A stretch of 64,000 bases of DNA. Source: Candidatus Eiseniibacteriota bacterium. GTDB lineage: Bacteria; Eisenbacteria; RBG-16-71-46. The stretch covers positions 763,302 through 827,301 of the forward strand of contig CAVUWA010000002.1 in the NCBI GenBank assembly GCA_963744995.1. The letters are read 5' to 3'. Below the pieces are notes generated by a model. The model did not search any database. It saw only the letters and a program-made list of their open reading frames with translations, and was not told the DNA's origin. The translations under genes were made by a program, and so were the position numbers. Below, piece after piece: positions 16,454 to 26,613 of this stretch (the first letter of the stretch is position 1; the number at the start of each line of letters is the position of its first letter).

Positions 16454-19168
16454 ATGCCGCTCGATCCGGGAACACGGCTGGGCCCCTACGAGATCCTCGC
16501 GCCGCTCGGGCAGGGCGGTATGGGCGAGGTCTATCGCGCCCGTGATTCGCGCCTCGGCCGCGAAGTCGCCATCAAGGTGCTGCCGCACCACCTGTCGGCG
16601 AATCCCGAGATCCGCTCGCGCTTCGAGCGCGAGGCGAAGACCATCTCGAGCCTGAATCACCCGAACATCTGCGTGCTGTTCGACGTCGGCCGCGAGGGCG
16701 AGACCGACTATCTGGTGATGGAGCTGGTCGAGGGCGAGACGCTGGCGCAGCGCCTCGCGCACGGCCCGCTGTCGAGCCAGGACGTGCTGCGCATCGGCAC
16801 GCAGATCGCCGACGCGCTCGACCGCGCGCACCGCGCGGGTGTGATCCACCGCGACTTGAAGCCCGGCAACGTGATGCTCACCAAGAGTGGCGCGAAGCTC
16901 ATGGACTTCGGCCTCGCGCGCGTGACCGGCCTCGCGCCGGGCGGCGGCTCGGGCGCGTCGGGCGCCGCGCTGTCGCAGTCGCCCACGATCGCGCAGGCGC
17001 TCACCGCCGAGGGCTCGCTGCTCGGCACGTTCCAGTACATGTCGCCCGAGCAGCTCGAGGGCCGCGAGGCCGACGCGCGCAGCGACATCTGGGCGCTGGG
17101 CTGCGTGCTGTACGAGATGGTCACCGGCCGCCGCGCATTCGAGGGCAGGAGTCAGGCGAGTCTGATCGCCGCGATCCTCGAGCGCGAGCCCGCGCCGGTG
17201 GGCGAGGCGCCGTCGGGCTCGGTGAGCACGGCCGGCGCGCCGCCGCACGGCATCGAGCGCCTGATCCGCAACTGCCTCGCCAAGGACCCCGAGGAACGCG
17301 TGCAGACCGCGCACGACGTGAAGCTGCAGCTGCAGGGGATCGCCGAGGGCGCGGGCATGGCGCCGACGAGCACGGCTTCAGTGCCGGGGCCGGGCGCCGC
17401 TGGTATGCCGATGCACCGCCGCGGCGGCTCGAAGCTCGCGTGGAGCATCGCGGCGGTGGGGCTCCTCGCAGCGGCTGGCATGTTCGCGTGGCTGTATCCG
17501 AAAACCACGGGCAGCTCGCAGTCGGTCCGTTTCCGCGTGCAACCGCCACCCGGCACGTCCGACGCCTACTGGCCGCGCATCTCCCCCGATGGGAAGTTCT
17601 TCATGGTGATCGGCGTGGACAGCGCAGGGGCTCCGCGCGCCTACGTGCGTCCGATGAACCAGCTCGATTTCCACGCGATTCCCGGCACCGAGGGCGTGCG
17701 ACGGGCCTACTGGTCGCCGGACGGGCGGGAGATCGCGTTCGTCACGGGAGACAAGATCCAGCGCGTATCGATCGCCGGCGGATCGCCCGTCGTGGTCTGC
17801 GCTGCGCCGGGCGGGGCCGATCTGAGCTGGGGATCGAAGGGGCAGATTTTGATGGACGGCCAGGTCACGGACTCGCTGCGCGTCGTTCCCGCAGGCGGCG
17901 GCGAACTGCAGCCGGCTGCGCGCATCGATCGAGCGGCGGGCGATGTGGGCAATGCCTGGCCATGTTTCCTGCCCGACGGCGAGCACTTCCTGTTCACCGG
18001 TAACCGGCAGGGCTCGCTGTCAGGGTCCATTCGCCTCGGCAAGCTGGGATCGCTCGATTCGAAGCTCCTGGGCGAATCTGACGGCCGTGTCGAATACGCG
18101 CCGGGTGGCTGGGTGTTGTTCGTGCGGGGTACGACGCTGCTGGCGCAGAAGCTGGACCTGAAGGCCGGCAGACTCACCGGGCAGCCGATCACGATCAGTG
18201 ACGAGCTGCGGGTGGGCTCGTCCCAGGGTCACTTCTCGGTTTCGCAGACGGGTGTGCTGGCGTTCTCCCCCTCGGGCACCGGGCAGAACCACTCCATCCA
18301 CGAGGCCGATCGATCCGGAACGCTCGGTCCGCCCCTGGTGTCGGGATTCGTGGTCAGCCCGCAACTCTCGCCGGACGGCCGGCGGCTGCTGTACGCGCGT
18401 GTCCCCAATTCCGGCTCGGATGGCGGCGAGATCTACGTGTTCGATCTGGAGCGACACACCGACACGCGTCTGACGTTCACGGGGGACAGTGCCGTGTCCG
18501 CGGTGTGGTCGCCCGATGGCCGGCGTTTCGCCTACATCGTTCATGGCGGGGGAGGGCAGACGGTTCGCATCGCCTCGGCGGACGGGCTGGGCGGACAGGA
18601 TTCCATTTCGATCGCCGCACAGGCAAGCGCGTACCCGGCGCAGTGGGTGAAACAAGGATCGCGGCTCGTGTTCTTCGACCTCGCCGGGCACGTCTTTGCG
18701 GTGACCACCGAGCCCGGTTCGCGTGCGCTGCAGGCCGTCGGCGATACGACGCGGCCGATGTTCCTGCCGCGGATCTCGCCCGACGGGCGCTGGCTGGCCG
18801 GCGCCATCGGACGACCCCAGACCGTGCAGATCTACGTGCAGAGCCTCGAGGGGCCGCGCGGGCAGTGGCAGATCTCGACGTCGCCCGCGTTCTGGTCGCG
18901 CTGGACGCGGGGCGGCCACGAGTTGCTGTTCGAGTCCACGGACGATCATCTGATGGCGGCGGACATCGATACACAGAACGGATTCCACGCCGGCACACCT
19001 CGCGAGCTGTTCAAGCTGCCCATGAGCACGTTCGGACCGGGTCAGTGGAGCTGGTCCTGCGACGACAGCGGCGAACGGTTCTTCCTCGTGGCACGGCCGC
19101 CCACCGAGCCCGACGCAGGTGCGATCGAAGTGGTGACCGCCTTCGAGAACCTGGTGAGCCGGAAGTAG
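16454..19168 (+). CDS. Serine/threonine protein kinase with a C-terminal TolB-like PD40 beta-propeller region
   Basis: LGQGGMGEVYRA, VAIK, HRDLKPGNVM, DFGLAR, SPEQ...DIWALG are Hanks kinase motifs. There is a TM segment, then repeated WSPDGR/SPDGR blades. Confidence 0.85.
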   Translation: MPLDPGTRLGPYEILAPLGQGGMGEVYRARDSRLGREVAIKVLPHHLSANPEIRSRFEREAKTISSLNHPNICVLFDVGREGETDYLVMELVEGETLAQRLAHGPLSSQDVLRIGTQIADALDRAHRAGVIHRDLKPGNVMLTKSGAKLMDFGLARVTGLAPGGGSGASGAALSQSPTIAQALTAEGSLLGTFQYMSPEQLEGREADARSDIWALGCVLYEMVTGRRAFEGRSQASLIAAILEREPAPVGEAPSGSVSTAGAPPHGIERLIRNCLAKDPEERVQTAHDVKLQLQGIAEGAGMAPTSTASVPGPGAAGMPMHRRGGSKLAWSIAAVGLLAAAGMFAWLYPKTTGSSQSVRFRVQPPPGTSDAYWPRISPDGKFFMVIGVDSAGAPRAYVRPMNQLDFHAIPGTEGVRRAYWSPDGREIAFVTGDKIQRVSIAGGSPVVVCAAPGGADLSWGSKGQILMDGQVTDSLRVVPAGGGELQPAARIDRAAGDVGNAWPCFLPDGEHFLFTGNRQGSLSGSIRLGKLGSLDSKLLGESDGRVEYAPGGWVLFVRGTTLLAQKLDLKAGRLTGQPITISDELRVGSSQGHFSVSQTGVLAFSPSGTGQNHSIHEADRSGTLGPPLVSGFVVSPQLSPDGRRLLYARVPNSGSDGGEIYVFDLERHTDTRLTFTGDSAVSAVWSPDGRRFAYIVHGGGGQTVRIASADGLGGQDSISIAAQASAYPAQWVKQGSRLVFFDLAGHVFAVTTEPGSRALQAVGDTTRPMFLPRISPDGRWLAGAIGRPQTVQIYVQSLEGPRGQWQISTSPAFWSRWTRGGHELLFESTDDHLMAADIDTQNGFHAGTPRELFKLPMSTFGPGQWSWSCDDSGERFFLVARPPTEPDAGAIEVVTAFENLVSRK

Positions 19169-19171
19169 CGC

Positions 19172-21574
19172 GTGATGCGGCCGGTGCGGACGCTGATCGC
19201 CGTCTTCATCCTGGCCGCCATGGCTGGGCCGGCCGCCGCACGCGACGATCGCCCCAACATCGTCTTCATCTTCTCCGACGACCACGGCGCGCAGGCGATC
19301 TCGACGTACGGCTCGAAGCTCGTCCAGACGCCTGCCATCGACCGGCTCGCCGCCGAGGGCATGCGTTTCGACGACTGCTTCTGCGGCAACTCGATCTGTG
19401 CGCCGAGCCGGGCGACGATCCTGACGGGCCTCCACTCGCATCGCAGCGGCCACACCAGCAACGACCGTATCTTCGACAACCGCGCCGCCACGTTCCCGGA
19501 GCTACTGCACGACGCCGGCTACCAGACCGCCTTGATCGGCAAGTGGCACCTGGAAGCCGAGCCCGAAGGCTTCGACTTCTGGGACGTGCTGATCAAACAG
19601 GGCGTCTACTACAACCCGGACATGATCCGGAACGGCCAGTTCCACCGCACGCACGGCTACGCGACCGACCTCATTACCGACGAGTCGATCGAGTGGCTCG
19701 AGCACCGCGATCCGGACCGCCCGTTCCTGCTCCTGTCGCAGCACAAGGCGCCGCACCGCTCGTGGGAGCCGCCGCTCCGGAACCTCGACCTGTTCGCGGA
19801 TTCGACCATTCCCGAGCCGCCCACGCTGTTCGACGACTGGTCGCACCGTTCATCCGCACATACGTATGCGCACATGTCGATCGCGCGCGACCTGTGGCCG
19901 GGCGATCTGCACCTGGAAGAGATTCCGGACATGTTCACCCCGGGACAGCGCGCCGCGTGGGACTCGGCGTACACGCCGCGCAACCGGGCGTTCCGCGCGG
20001 CCCACCTCGAGGGCGATGCGCTCACGCGCTGGAAGTACCAGCGCTACGCGAAGGACTACCTGCGCTGCGTCGCGGCGCTCGACGAGGACATCGGCCGGCT
20101 GCTCGCCTACCTCGATGCCACCGGGCTCGCGCGCAACACGATCGTGATCTACAGCTCGGATCAGGGCTGGTTCCTCGGCGAGCACGGCATGTTCGACAAG
20201 CGCTGGATGTACGAGGAGTCGTTCCGGATGCCGTTGATCGTGCGCTGGCCGGGAGTCGTCCGCCCCGGTGCGGTGAACACCGACCTCGTACAGAACATCG
20301 ACTTCGCCCCGACGCTGCTCGAGGCGGCGGGCGTCCCCGTGCCGCCGGCGATGCAGGGGGTGAGCCTCGTGCCGCTGCTCGAAGGCCGGCACCCCGCCGA
20401 GTGGCGCACGTCGCTCTACTACCAGTTCTACGAGGACGGCGGCGCGCACCGCGTGCCGCGTCATTGCGGGGTGCGCACCCCGCGCTGGTCCTACCTGGAC
20501 TTCTACCGGATCCACGAGACCGAGCTGTTCGACGTGGACGCGGACCCGCACGAGCTGGTGAGCCTCGCGAACGACCCGGCGCACGCGGCGCTGCGCGATT
20601 CGCTGGCGGGGGTGATGCGCCGCCTGCAGCTGATCTACGGCGTCACCACCGCCGCCGACACGGAGTACGACGACTTCGATCGCTACCAGCACCGGCGCTG
20701 GGCCCTGATCGACTCGATCGGCCGCATGCCGCCCTTCGGCGAGTTCACCGCGGAGACACTGGCGACGCGCACGCACGCCGATCACGACGAACTCTCGCTT
20801 CGCTACCGGATCGGCGGGCAGACCGTGCCGGCCGTGCTGTTCGTGCCGAAGGGCGGAGCGGGCCTCACGCCGGGCGTCGTGCTGATCCACTCGGGCCGCG
20901 CGGCGGGGCCGTTCAGGCAGGGTCTCGAGAGGGTCGCCGGCGGCGCCCGCGCCGCCGCGCTCGCGCTCTGCCGGCGCGGCTTCGCGGTGATCGCGCCCGA
21001 CCGTTTCGGCTACGGCGGCCGGCGCTTCGCGAGCGACGCCGAGGCCGCCCGCGGATTCGCCGCAGCCGAGCGCACGTATCGCGCCGAGGGCTCGTCGCTG
21101 CTCGCGCACGAGCTCGCCGAGCTGTGGTTCGCGCAGGCCTACCTCGCTCGCCTGAGCGGCGTGGAGTTCCTGCGCGTCGGCGCGATCGGCTTCGGCGAGG
21201 GCGGCGACCTGGCGCTGCTGCTCGCGGCCCTGGATCCCGAGGTGGCGGCGGCGGCCAGCGTCGGCGGGGCGGACTCGTTTGCCGCCGCGGCGTTCCGGCC
21301 CGCATCCGCTCTGGCGCGTCTCGATGAACCGCCCGTGCGCGCGTGGGGCGCGATGGCGGGCGTGATTCCCCTGGTCCAGCCGCGGCCGCTGCTGTGCGTG
21401 GGGGAGGGCCCGCGTCGCCCGGCGATGTTCGAAGAAGGTGAAGGCTGGTACCGGCTGCACGACATGTCCGCACGCCTCGCGTACGAACGTGCCGGCGGAC
21501 CCGGTGCGCCGGAGGCTTCTGCTGGTGCGGCGCGCGCGGCGGCGTGGCTCGACAGGTGGCTGATCGGACCCTGA
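19172..21574 (+). CDS. Sulfatase (formylglycine-dependent; C-x-P-S-R motif) fused to a C-terminal dienelactone-hydrolase-like alpha/beta-hydrolase domain; signal peptide
   Basis: IVFIFSDDHG...CAPSRATILTGLHSHRSGHTSN is the sulfatase signature. The C-terminal ~300 aa (...GVVLIHSGRAAG...) are DLH-like. There is a 3-nt gap after the kinase gene. Confidence 0.85.
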   Translation: MMRPVRTLIAVFILAAMAGPAAARDDRPNIVFIFSDDHGAQAISTYGSKLVQTPAIDRLAAEGMRFDDCFCGNSICAPSRATILTGLHSHRSGHTSNDRIFDNRAATFPELLHDAGYQTALIGKWHLEAEPEGFDFWDVLIKQGVYYNPDMIRNGQFHRTHGYATDLITDESIEWLEHRDPDRPFLLLSQHKAPHRSWEPPLRNLDLFADSTIPEPPTLFDDWSHRSSAHTYAHMSIARDLWPGDLHLEEIPDMFTPGQRAAWDSAYTPRNRAFRAAHLEGDALTRWKYQRYAKDYLRCVAALDEDIGRLLAYLDATGLARNTIVIYSSDQGWFLGEHGMFDKRWMYEESFRMPLIVRWPGVVRPGAVNTDLVQNIDFAPTLLEAAGVPVPPAMQGVSLVPLLEGRHPAEWRTSLYYQFYEDGGAHRVPRHCGVRTPRWSYLDFYRIHETELFDVDADPHELVSLANDPAHAALRDSLAGVMRRLQLIYGVTTAADTEYDDFDRYQHRRWALIDSIGRMPPFGEFTAETLATRTHADHDELSLRYRIGGQTVPAVLFVPKGGAGLTPGVVLIHSGRAAGPFRQGLERVAGGARAAALALCRRGFAVIAPDRFGYGGRRFASDAEAARGFAAAERTYRAEGSSLLAHELAELWFAQAYLARLSGVEFLRVGAIGFGEGGDLALLLAALDPEVAAAASVGGADSFAAAAFRPASALARLDEPPVRAWGAMAGVIPLVQPRPLLCVGEGPRRPAMFEEGEGWYRLHDMSARLAYERAGGPGAPEASAGAARAAAWLDRWLIGP

Positions 21575-21659
21575 CCCGCGTCGGTGCCGGCGTGTCACAC
21601 GGCCGGGCGCAGGGCGTATCATGCCGCGTGTCGGGATCGACCCGTGTTCGGAGAACCTC

Positions 21660-22409
21660 ATGCGCGTGATCCGCAAGCACCATGCGCTGGTGCGCTGGAC
21701 GCACTGGGCGAACGTGCCGCTGCTCGCGGGGCTGATCGTGAGCGGCCTCGCGATCTACTGGGCGGCGCCGGTGTTCATGTGGCGCAGCGCTGCCGATCCG
21801 CGCCTGCACGACGTCTTCCAGGATGCGGGTCGCGCCATTTCCGGCGTGCTGCATGCGAGCGGCGATCCGCGCTTCTGGATCTACGACCATCTGAGCCTCG
21901 GCCGCTACCAGCTCGCCAACGCACTCCGACTGCACTGGTTGCTCGCCTACCTGTTCATGCTGAACGGGGCGCTGTACGTGCTGGGGCTCGCGGCCGGTGG
22001 CGGCTGGCGCGCGCTGTGGCCCCGGCGTGCGGACGTGAAGGGCGCGCTCGCGATGATGCGCTTCTACCTCGGCGTGATCCCGATGGCGATCCTGCGCAGG
22101 CCGTGGCCGCATCCGCCCGTCACGTCCAAGTACAACGCGCTTCAGCGCGGCGCCTACTTCGCCGTCCCGCTGGCCGGCGCGCTCGCCGTGCTGTCGGGGT
22201 GGGCCATGCACAAGCCGGTCCAGCTCGGCTGGCTCGAGCGCCTGTTCGTGAACTACGACGGCGCGCGCATCGTGCACTTCCTGTGCATGATCGTGCTCGG
22301 CGGCTTCGTGATCCCGCACGTGATCCTGGTGATCGCCGACGGCTGGGACACGTTCCGCTCGATGGTGACCGGCTGGTCGTTGCGCCTGAAAGAGGAACGC
22401 CATGAGTGA
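21660..22409 (+). CDS. Cytochrome b561/Ni-Fe-hydrogenase-type b cytochrome membrane subunit
   Basis: MRVIRKHHALVRWTHWANVPLLAGL...; 4 TM with conserved His residues; GGAGAA RBS before ATG 21660. The ORF track starts at 21621. Confidence 0.7.
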   Translation: MRVIRKHHALVRWTHWANVPLLAGLIVSGLAIYWAAPVFMWRSAADPRLHDVFQDAGRAISGVLHASGDPRFWIYDHLSLGRYQLANALRLHWLLAYLFMLNGALYVLGLAAGGGWRALWPRRADVKGALAMMRFYLGVIPMAILRRPWPHPPVTSKYNALQRGAYFAVPLAGALAVLSGWAMHKPVQLGWLERLFVNYDGARIVHFLCMIVLGGFVIPHVILVIADGWDTFRSMVTGWSLRLKEERHE

Positions 22410-22749
22410 GGACGAACGCCGCGATCGGCCCGAAGACGAAAGCGCGGACGCGGCGCCCCGCGAAGCGGAGGCCCCGGCCGGAACGCCGCATCCGGCCGAA
22501 GGCGGGAGCGCGGAAGGCGACGCTCGATCCGCGGACCCGGAAGACGATGCTCGATCCACCGGCCCGGCCGAGACTCCTCAGGCGCCGCCGTCCCCGCCGG
22601 GTGATTCTGAACCGCCATCAGGCGACGCCGGTTCCGCCACGGGGGGCCACGAAGCCGCCGCGGATGGCGACGAAGCGCCCGCAGACACCACGGCGCCGCC
22701 GCCCGCCCCGCCCGCGCGTCACGCCGCGTGGCACGAAGAGCCCGCGGAA

Positions 22750-23580
22750 GTGCCGCGGGAGGTCCCCGGGAGCCGCCTGCGCGCGCAGTCGCGCCGCGAC
22801 TTCCTGATCTTCGCCGCCGGGGTCGCCGCGAGCGCGGCGGGCGCGTGGTGGCTGCTGCCCTCGCGCACGAAGCGGAACCTGCTCCCCGGCGCGCACGACC
22901 GGCTCGACACGCTGGCGGCGCGCCTCGGGCTCACCAACGACCGCGCCGAGGGCGTGCTGGATCGCGCGCTCGACTTCGACGATGACGTCGCCGAAGCGCT
23001 CTATTCGAAGGATCGCCGGGTCCGGACCTACTCCAGATCCGACGCCCGGCCGCTGCGCAACAACTACAACGGCATGACGCCCGGACCCGAATATCTGAAC
23101 GGCTGGAAGCTGGAGGTGGCGGGCCTCGCCTCGGGGCGGATCGAGCGACTGGACGTCGACGCGCTGCTCTCCGCGCTCCAGTTCCGCGATCAGGTGACGC
23201 GGCTCGTGTGCGTCGAAGGCTGGAGCGGGGTGGCATGGTGGGGTGGGGTGCGCTTCGCCGACTTCCTCGACGCGTTCCCGCCCGCACCGGGCGCGCGCTG
23301 GGCTTCGCTCCGCTCGGCCGTCAACCTCGACGGCCGCGGCCGGCCCGATCCGTACTACGTCTCGATCGACCTGGCGACCGCGCGCCATCCGCAGACACTG
23401 CTCGCCACCCACCATGCCGGCCGGCCGCTCACCCTCGCGCACGGCGCGCCGCTGCGGCTGCTGGCGCCGATGAAGCTCGGACTGAAGAACATCAAGGCGA
23501 TCACCTCGATCACCTACTCGGCGTCCGAACCGCGCGACTACTGGAACGAGCGCGGCTACTCGAAATACGACGGCCTGTAG
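22750..23580 (+). CDS. Tat-exported molybdopterin-dependent oxidoreductase (sulfite-oxidase/YedY-like fold)
   Basis: Twin-arginine motif SRRDFLIFAAGVAASAAGAWW, then an oxidoreductase Mo-binding-like domain (...LVCVEGWSGVAWWGGVRF...). An in-frame ORF opens at 22402 (acidic low-complexity 116 aa, ATGAGTGA overlap with the cytochrome gene). GTG 22750 is chosen because Tat signals must be N-terminal. Confidence 0.65.
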   Translation: MPREVPGSRLRAQSRRDFLIFAAGVAASAAGAWWLLPSRTKRNLLPGAHDRLDTLAARLGLTNDRAEGVLDRALDFDDDVAEALYSKDRRVRTYSRSDARPLRNNYNGMTPGPEYLNGWKLEVAGLASGRIERLDVDALLSALQFRDQVTRLVCVEGWSGVAWWGGVRFADFLDAFPPAPGARWASLRSAVNLDGRGRPDPYYVSIDLATARHPQTLLATHHAGRPLTLAHGAPLRLLAPMKLGLKNIKAITSITYSASEPRDYWNERGYSKYDGL

Positions 23581-23659
23581 CCGGGCGACCTTCGCGCCCT
23601 TCGTGCCGCCGCGGGCGCGGCGGGCTCGGATGCACGAAGGCCCCGGCCGGGAGCCGCCG

Positions 23660-25168
23660 CTACCAGTCGGTCACCAGCGTCCGCACCGCATCCTGCCAGC
23701 GCGCGTACTCGGCGTCGCGCCATTTGCGCGTGCGCTTCGGCTTGAACACGCGCTCGATCGCCCGCGCCCGGTCGAGCTCGCGATGCGACGACCAGAACCC
23801 GGTGGCAAGGCCGGCGAGCAGTCCCGCGCCGAGCGCGGTGGTCTCGATCACCCGCGGCCGCTCGACGCGCATGCCGAGTACGTCGGCCTGGTACTGCATG
23901 AGGAAGTCATTCGCGGCCGCGCCGCCGTCCACGCGCAGCCGCTTCATGCGCGAGCGGATCCGCCGCGTGCCGACGTCGCGCTTCATCGCGGTCACCAGGT
24001 CGCGCGACTGGAACGCGAGGGATTCGAGCGTCGCGCGGACGATCTGCGCGCGCGTCGTCCCGCGCGTGAGCCCGAGCAGCGCGCCGCGCACGTCGGGGCG
24101 CCAGTAGGGCGCGCCGAGCCCGACGAACGCCGGCACCATCACGACGCCGCCGCTGTCGGGCACGGACTTCGCCAACGCCTCGCTCTCGGCGGCGCTGTTC
24201 AGCAGGCCCAGTCCATCGCGCAGCCACTGGATCGCGGCGCCCGCCATGAACACGCTGCCTTCGATCGCGTACGTCGCTTCGCCGCGCGGCCCGCAGGCGA
24301 CGGTGGTCACGAGTCCCGAGCGCGAGTCCACGCGCTCGGCGCCGGTCTGCAGCAGGAAAAAGCAACCGGTGCCGTAGGTGTTCTTCGAATCGCCCGGCGT
24401 CACGCAGCCCTGGCCGAACATCGCAGCCTGCTGGTCGCCCGCGATGCCGGCGATCGGAATCCCGTCCGGCAGGCCGGGCACGCGCCGCGTCCTGCCGAAG
24501 TCGCCGCTCGAGGGCCTCACCTCGGGCAGCATGTCGAACGTGACGCCGAAGCGGTCGAGCAGCACCGGGTCCCACTGCAGGCGGCCGATGTGATAGAGCA
24601 TCGTGCGCGACGCGTTGGTCGGATCGGTGACGTGCAGCGCGCCGCCGGTGAGCTTCCACACCAGCCAGCTGTCCACGGTGCCGAACGCGAGCCGCTTCCG
24701 GCGCCGCAGGCTCTTCGCGCCGGGCACGTGCCGCAGCATCCATTCGACCTTGGTCGCCGAGAAGTACGGGTCGATCACCAGTCCGGTGCGGGCGCGGATG
24801 CCCGAGGCCTGGCCGGCGCGGCGCAGCGCGCGGCAGCGCTCGGCGGTGCGCCGGTCCTGCCAGACGATCGCCGGCGCCACCGGCCGGCCCGTCGTTCGAT
24901 CCCAGAGCACAGTGGTCTCGCGCTGGTTGGTGATGCCGATCGCGGCGACCCGCGCCGCCGGCGCGCGCGCGCTCCGCAGCCCCCGCCGCACCGCGGCGAC
25001 CACACTCGCCCAGATCGCGGCCGCGTCGTGCTCGACCCATCCGGGCCTGGGGTAGCGCTGCGGCAGCTCGGCGTAGCCGCGCCCGCGCACGCGACCGCCG
25101 CGATCGATCAGCAATGCGGTCGACCCGGTCGTGCCCTGATCGATGGCCAGGACGAGAGTGGGCTTCAT
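23660..25168 (-). CDS. glpK: Glycerol kinase
   Basis: MKPTLVLAIDQGTTGS..., ...GTGCF..., FGGK sugar-kinase fold. GGGAGG RBS. Start overlaps the glpD stop (ATGA). Confidence 0.9.
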   Translation of the reverse strand: MKPTLVLAIDQGTTGSTALLIDRGGRVRGRGYAELPQRYPRPGWVEHDAAAIWASVVAAVRRGLRSARAPAARVAAIGITNQRETTVLWDRTTGRPVAPAIVWQDRRTAERCRALRRAGQASGIRARTGLVIDPYFSATKVEWMLRHVPGAKSLRRRKRLAFGTVDSWLVWKLTGGALHVTDPTNASRTMLYHIGRLQWDPVLLDRFGVTFDMLPEVRPSSGDFGRTRRVPGLPDGIPIAGIAGDQQAAMFGQGCVTPGDSKNTYGTGCFFLLQTGAERVDSRSGLVTTVACGPRGEATYAIEGSVFMAGAAIQWLRDGLGLLNSAAESEALAKSVPDSGGVVMVPAFVGLGAPYWRPDVRGALLGLTRGTTRAQIVRATLESLAFQSRDLVTAMKRDVGTRRIRSRMKRLRVDGGAAANDFLMQYQADVLGMRVERPRVIETTALGAGLLAGLATGFWSSHRELDRARAIERVFKPKRTRKWRDAEYARWQDAVRTLVTDW

Positions 25169-26613
25169 GACACCTCCCGCGAACGGTTGAGAACGCGCTC
25201 CTCTTCGTAGAGCAGCGCTTCGTACGCCTGCACCTCGCGCTTCACGCGCTCCGCGCTCCAGCCTAGCTGGCGCGCCATCACCTCGGCGGTCACCGATGCC
25301 GCGGCGCGGCCGCGGTCCGGATCCAGCCACCACGCCGTGCGGCGCCGCACCACGTCCTCGATGCGGCGGGCAAACGATACATCCATCGCGTGGCGGACGA
25401 TCGCCTCGCGATCACTGCCGGCGGCAGGCTCGGGCGGCAGCGGATCTTCGGTGTCGTTCGGTTTCGTGCCCGGACGGCCCAGCCGCAGGAACACCTGCGC
25501 GAGCGTGTCATGCGCCATCACGCGGAACGTCGTGTACTTGCCTCCCGCGATGGTGATCACGCCGTCCTCGTCGCGCACCACGTGCTCGCGCGAAGCGCGG
25601 CCGACCTGCTCGGACGAGGCGATCAGGGGCCGCACGCCGGAGAGCACCGCATGCGGCGCCGTGCCCGCGAGTCCCGGCAGGGCACGGGCGAGCGATTCGC
25701 GCAGGTAGCGGATTTCTTCGGCCGTCGGCAGCGCGGCGTCAGGGGAGATCGGCGAAGGGACTTCGATCTCGGTGGTACCGACCAGCGAGTGACCCTCGAA
25801 CGGCACGACGAAGAACACGCGGCCGTCGGCGGGCGAGGTGAGCAGCAGGCCGCGGCCGCGCGTGAGCTCCGGATAGACGAGGTGGACGCCCCGCGAAGGC
25901 CTGAGCATCGGTGCGGGGTCCGGCGCGCCGGGCTTCAGGGCGTTGGTGAGGCGCGTGCGCGTGGCGTCGGTCCACGGCCCGGTGGCGTTCACGACGACGG
26001 TCGCGGAGAAAGTCCGCTCGCCGCCGTCGAGCGCGTCGCGCGCGATGACCTCGAAGCCCCCGGCCGCGCCCGGGCGCGCGCCGATCACTTCGGTCCACGG
26101 GTGGATCGACGCGCCGTGCATCGCCGCGTCGCGGGCGACCGCGATGCCGATGCGGGCGTCGTCCATGACCGCGTCCGAGTAGAGACCGGCGCCGCGCAGT
26201 CCGTCCCGCGCCAGCTCGGGTTCGAGCGAAAGCGCGTCCCTGCGGGCCACGAAGGCGTGCGGTGCAAACCCGCTGCCGCCGGCGAGCCAGTCGTAGAGCT
26301 GCAGTCCGGCCCGCAGCCGCCAGCGGCCGAAGCGGCCGCCGCGGTAGATCGGCACCATGAAACGCCTGGGCTTCGCCAGGTGCGGCGCCATGTGCGAGAC
26401 CGCGGCGCGCTCTTCGAGCGCTTCGCGTACCAGAGCGAACCGCCCGTGCTCGAGATAGCGCAGCCCCCCGTGCAGCATGTGGCTCGACACGCTGCTCGCG
26501 CCGCTCATCAGGTCGGCGCGCTCGAGCAATGCGACCGTGAGGCCGTTGCGGGCGGCGAGACGCGCGATGCCGGCGCCGGTAATGCCGCCACCGATGACGA
26601 TCAGGTCGAGCAT
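25165..26613 (-). CDS. glpD: FAD-dependent glycerol-3-phosphate dehydrogenase
   Basis: DLIVIGGGITGAGIA Rossmann motif, ...SGASSVSSHMLHGGLRYLE. Confidence 0.9.
   Translation of the reverse strand: MLDLIVIGGGITGAGIARLAARNGLTVALLERADLMSGASSVSSHMLHGGLRYLEHGRFALVREALEERAAVSHMAPHLAKPRRFMVPIYRGGRFGRWRLRAGLQLYDWLAGGSGFAPHAFVARRDALSLEPELARDGLRGAGLYSDAVMDDARIGIAVARDAAMHGASIHPWTEVIGARPGAAGGFEVIARDALDGGERTFSATVVVNATGPWTDATRTRLTNALKPGAPDPAPMLRPSRGVHLVYPELTRGRGLLLTSPADGRVFFVVPFEGHSLVGTTEIEVPSPISPDAALPTAEEIRYLRESLARALPGLAGTAPHAVLSGVRPLIASSEQVGRASREHVVRDEDGVITIAGGKYTTFRVMAHDTLAQVFLRLGRPGTKPNDTEDPLPPEPAAGSDREAIVRHAMDVSFARRIEDVVRRRTAWWLDPDRGRAAASVTAEVMARQLGWSAERVKREVQAYEALLYEEERVLNRSREVS

Noticed and set aside
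14012-17314. 1100-aa minus-strand ORF across the TBDR/kinase region
   Set aside because: Shadow of two strongly supported + strand genes.
19850-22559. Minus-strand ORFs 19850..21676 and 20913..22559 opposite the sulfatase and cytochrome b genes
   Set aside because: Antisense shadows with R/A/G/P-rich low-complexity translation.
22402-22749. Acidic 116-aa N-terminal extension of the molybdoenzyme ORF
   Set aside because: It would place the twin-arginine signal internally, which is incompatible with Tat export. Kept only as an open question (see findings).
25169-25333. 55-aa N-terminal extension of glpK in the ORF track
   Set aside because: The conserved GlpK N-terminus MKPTLVLAIDQGTTGS begins at the ATG with a GGGAGG RBS that overlaps the glpD stop.
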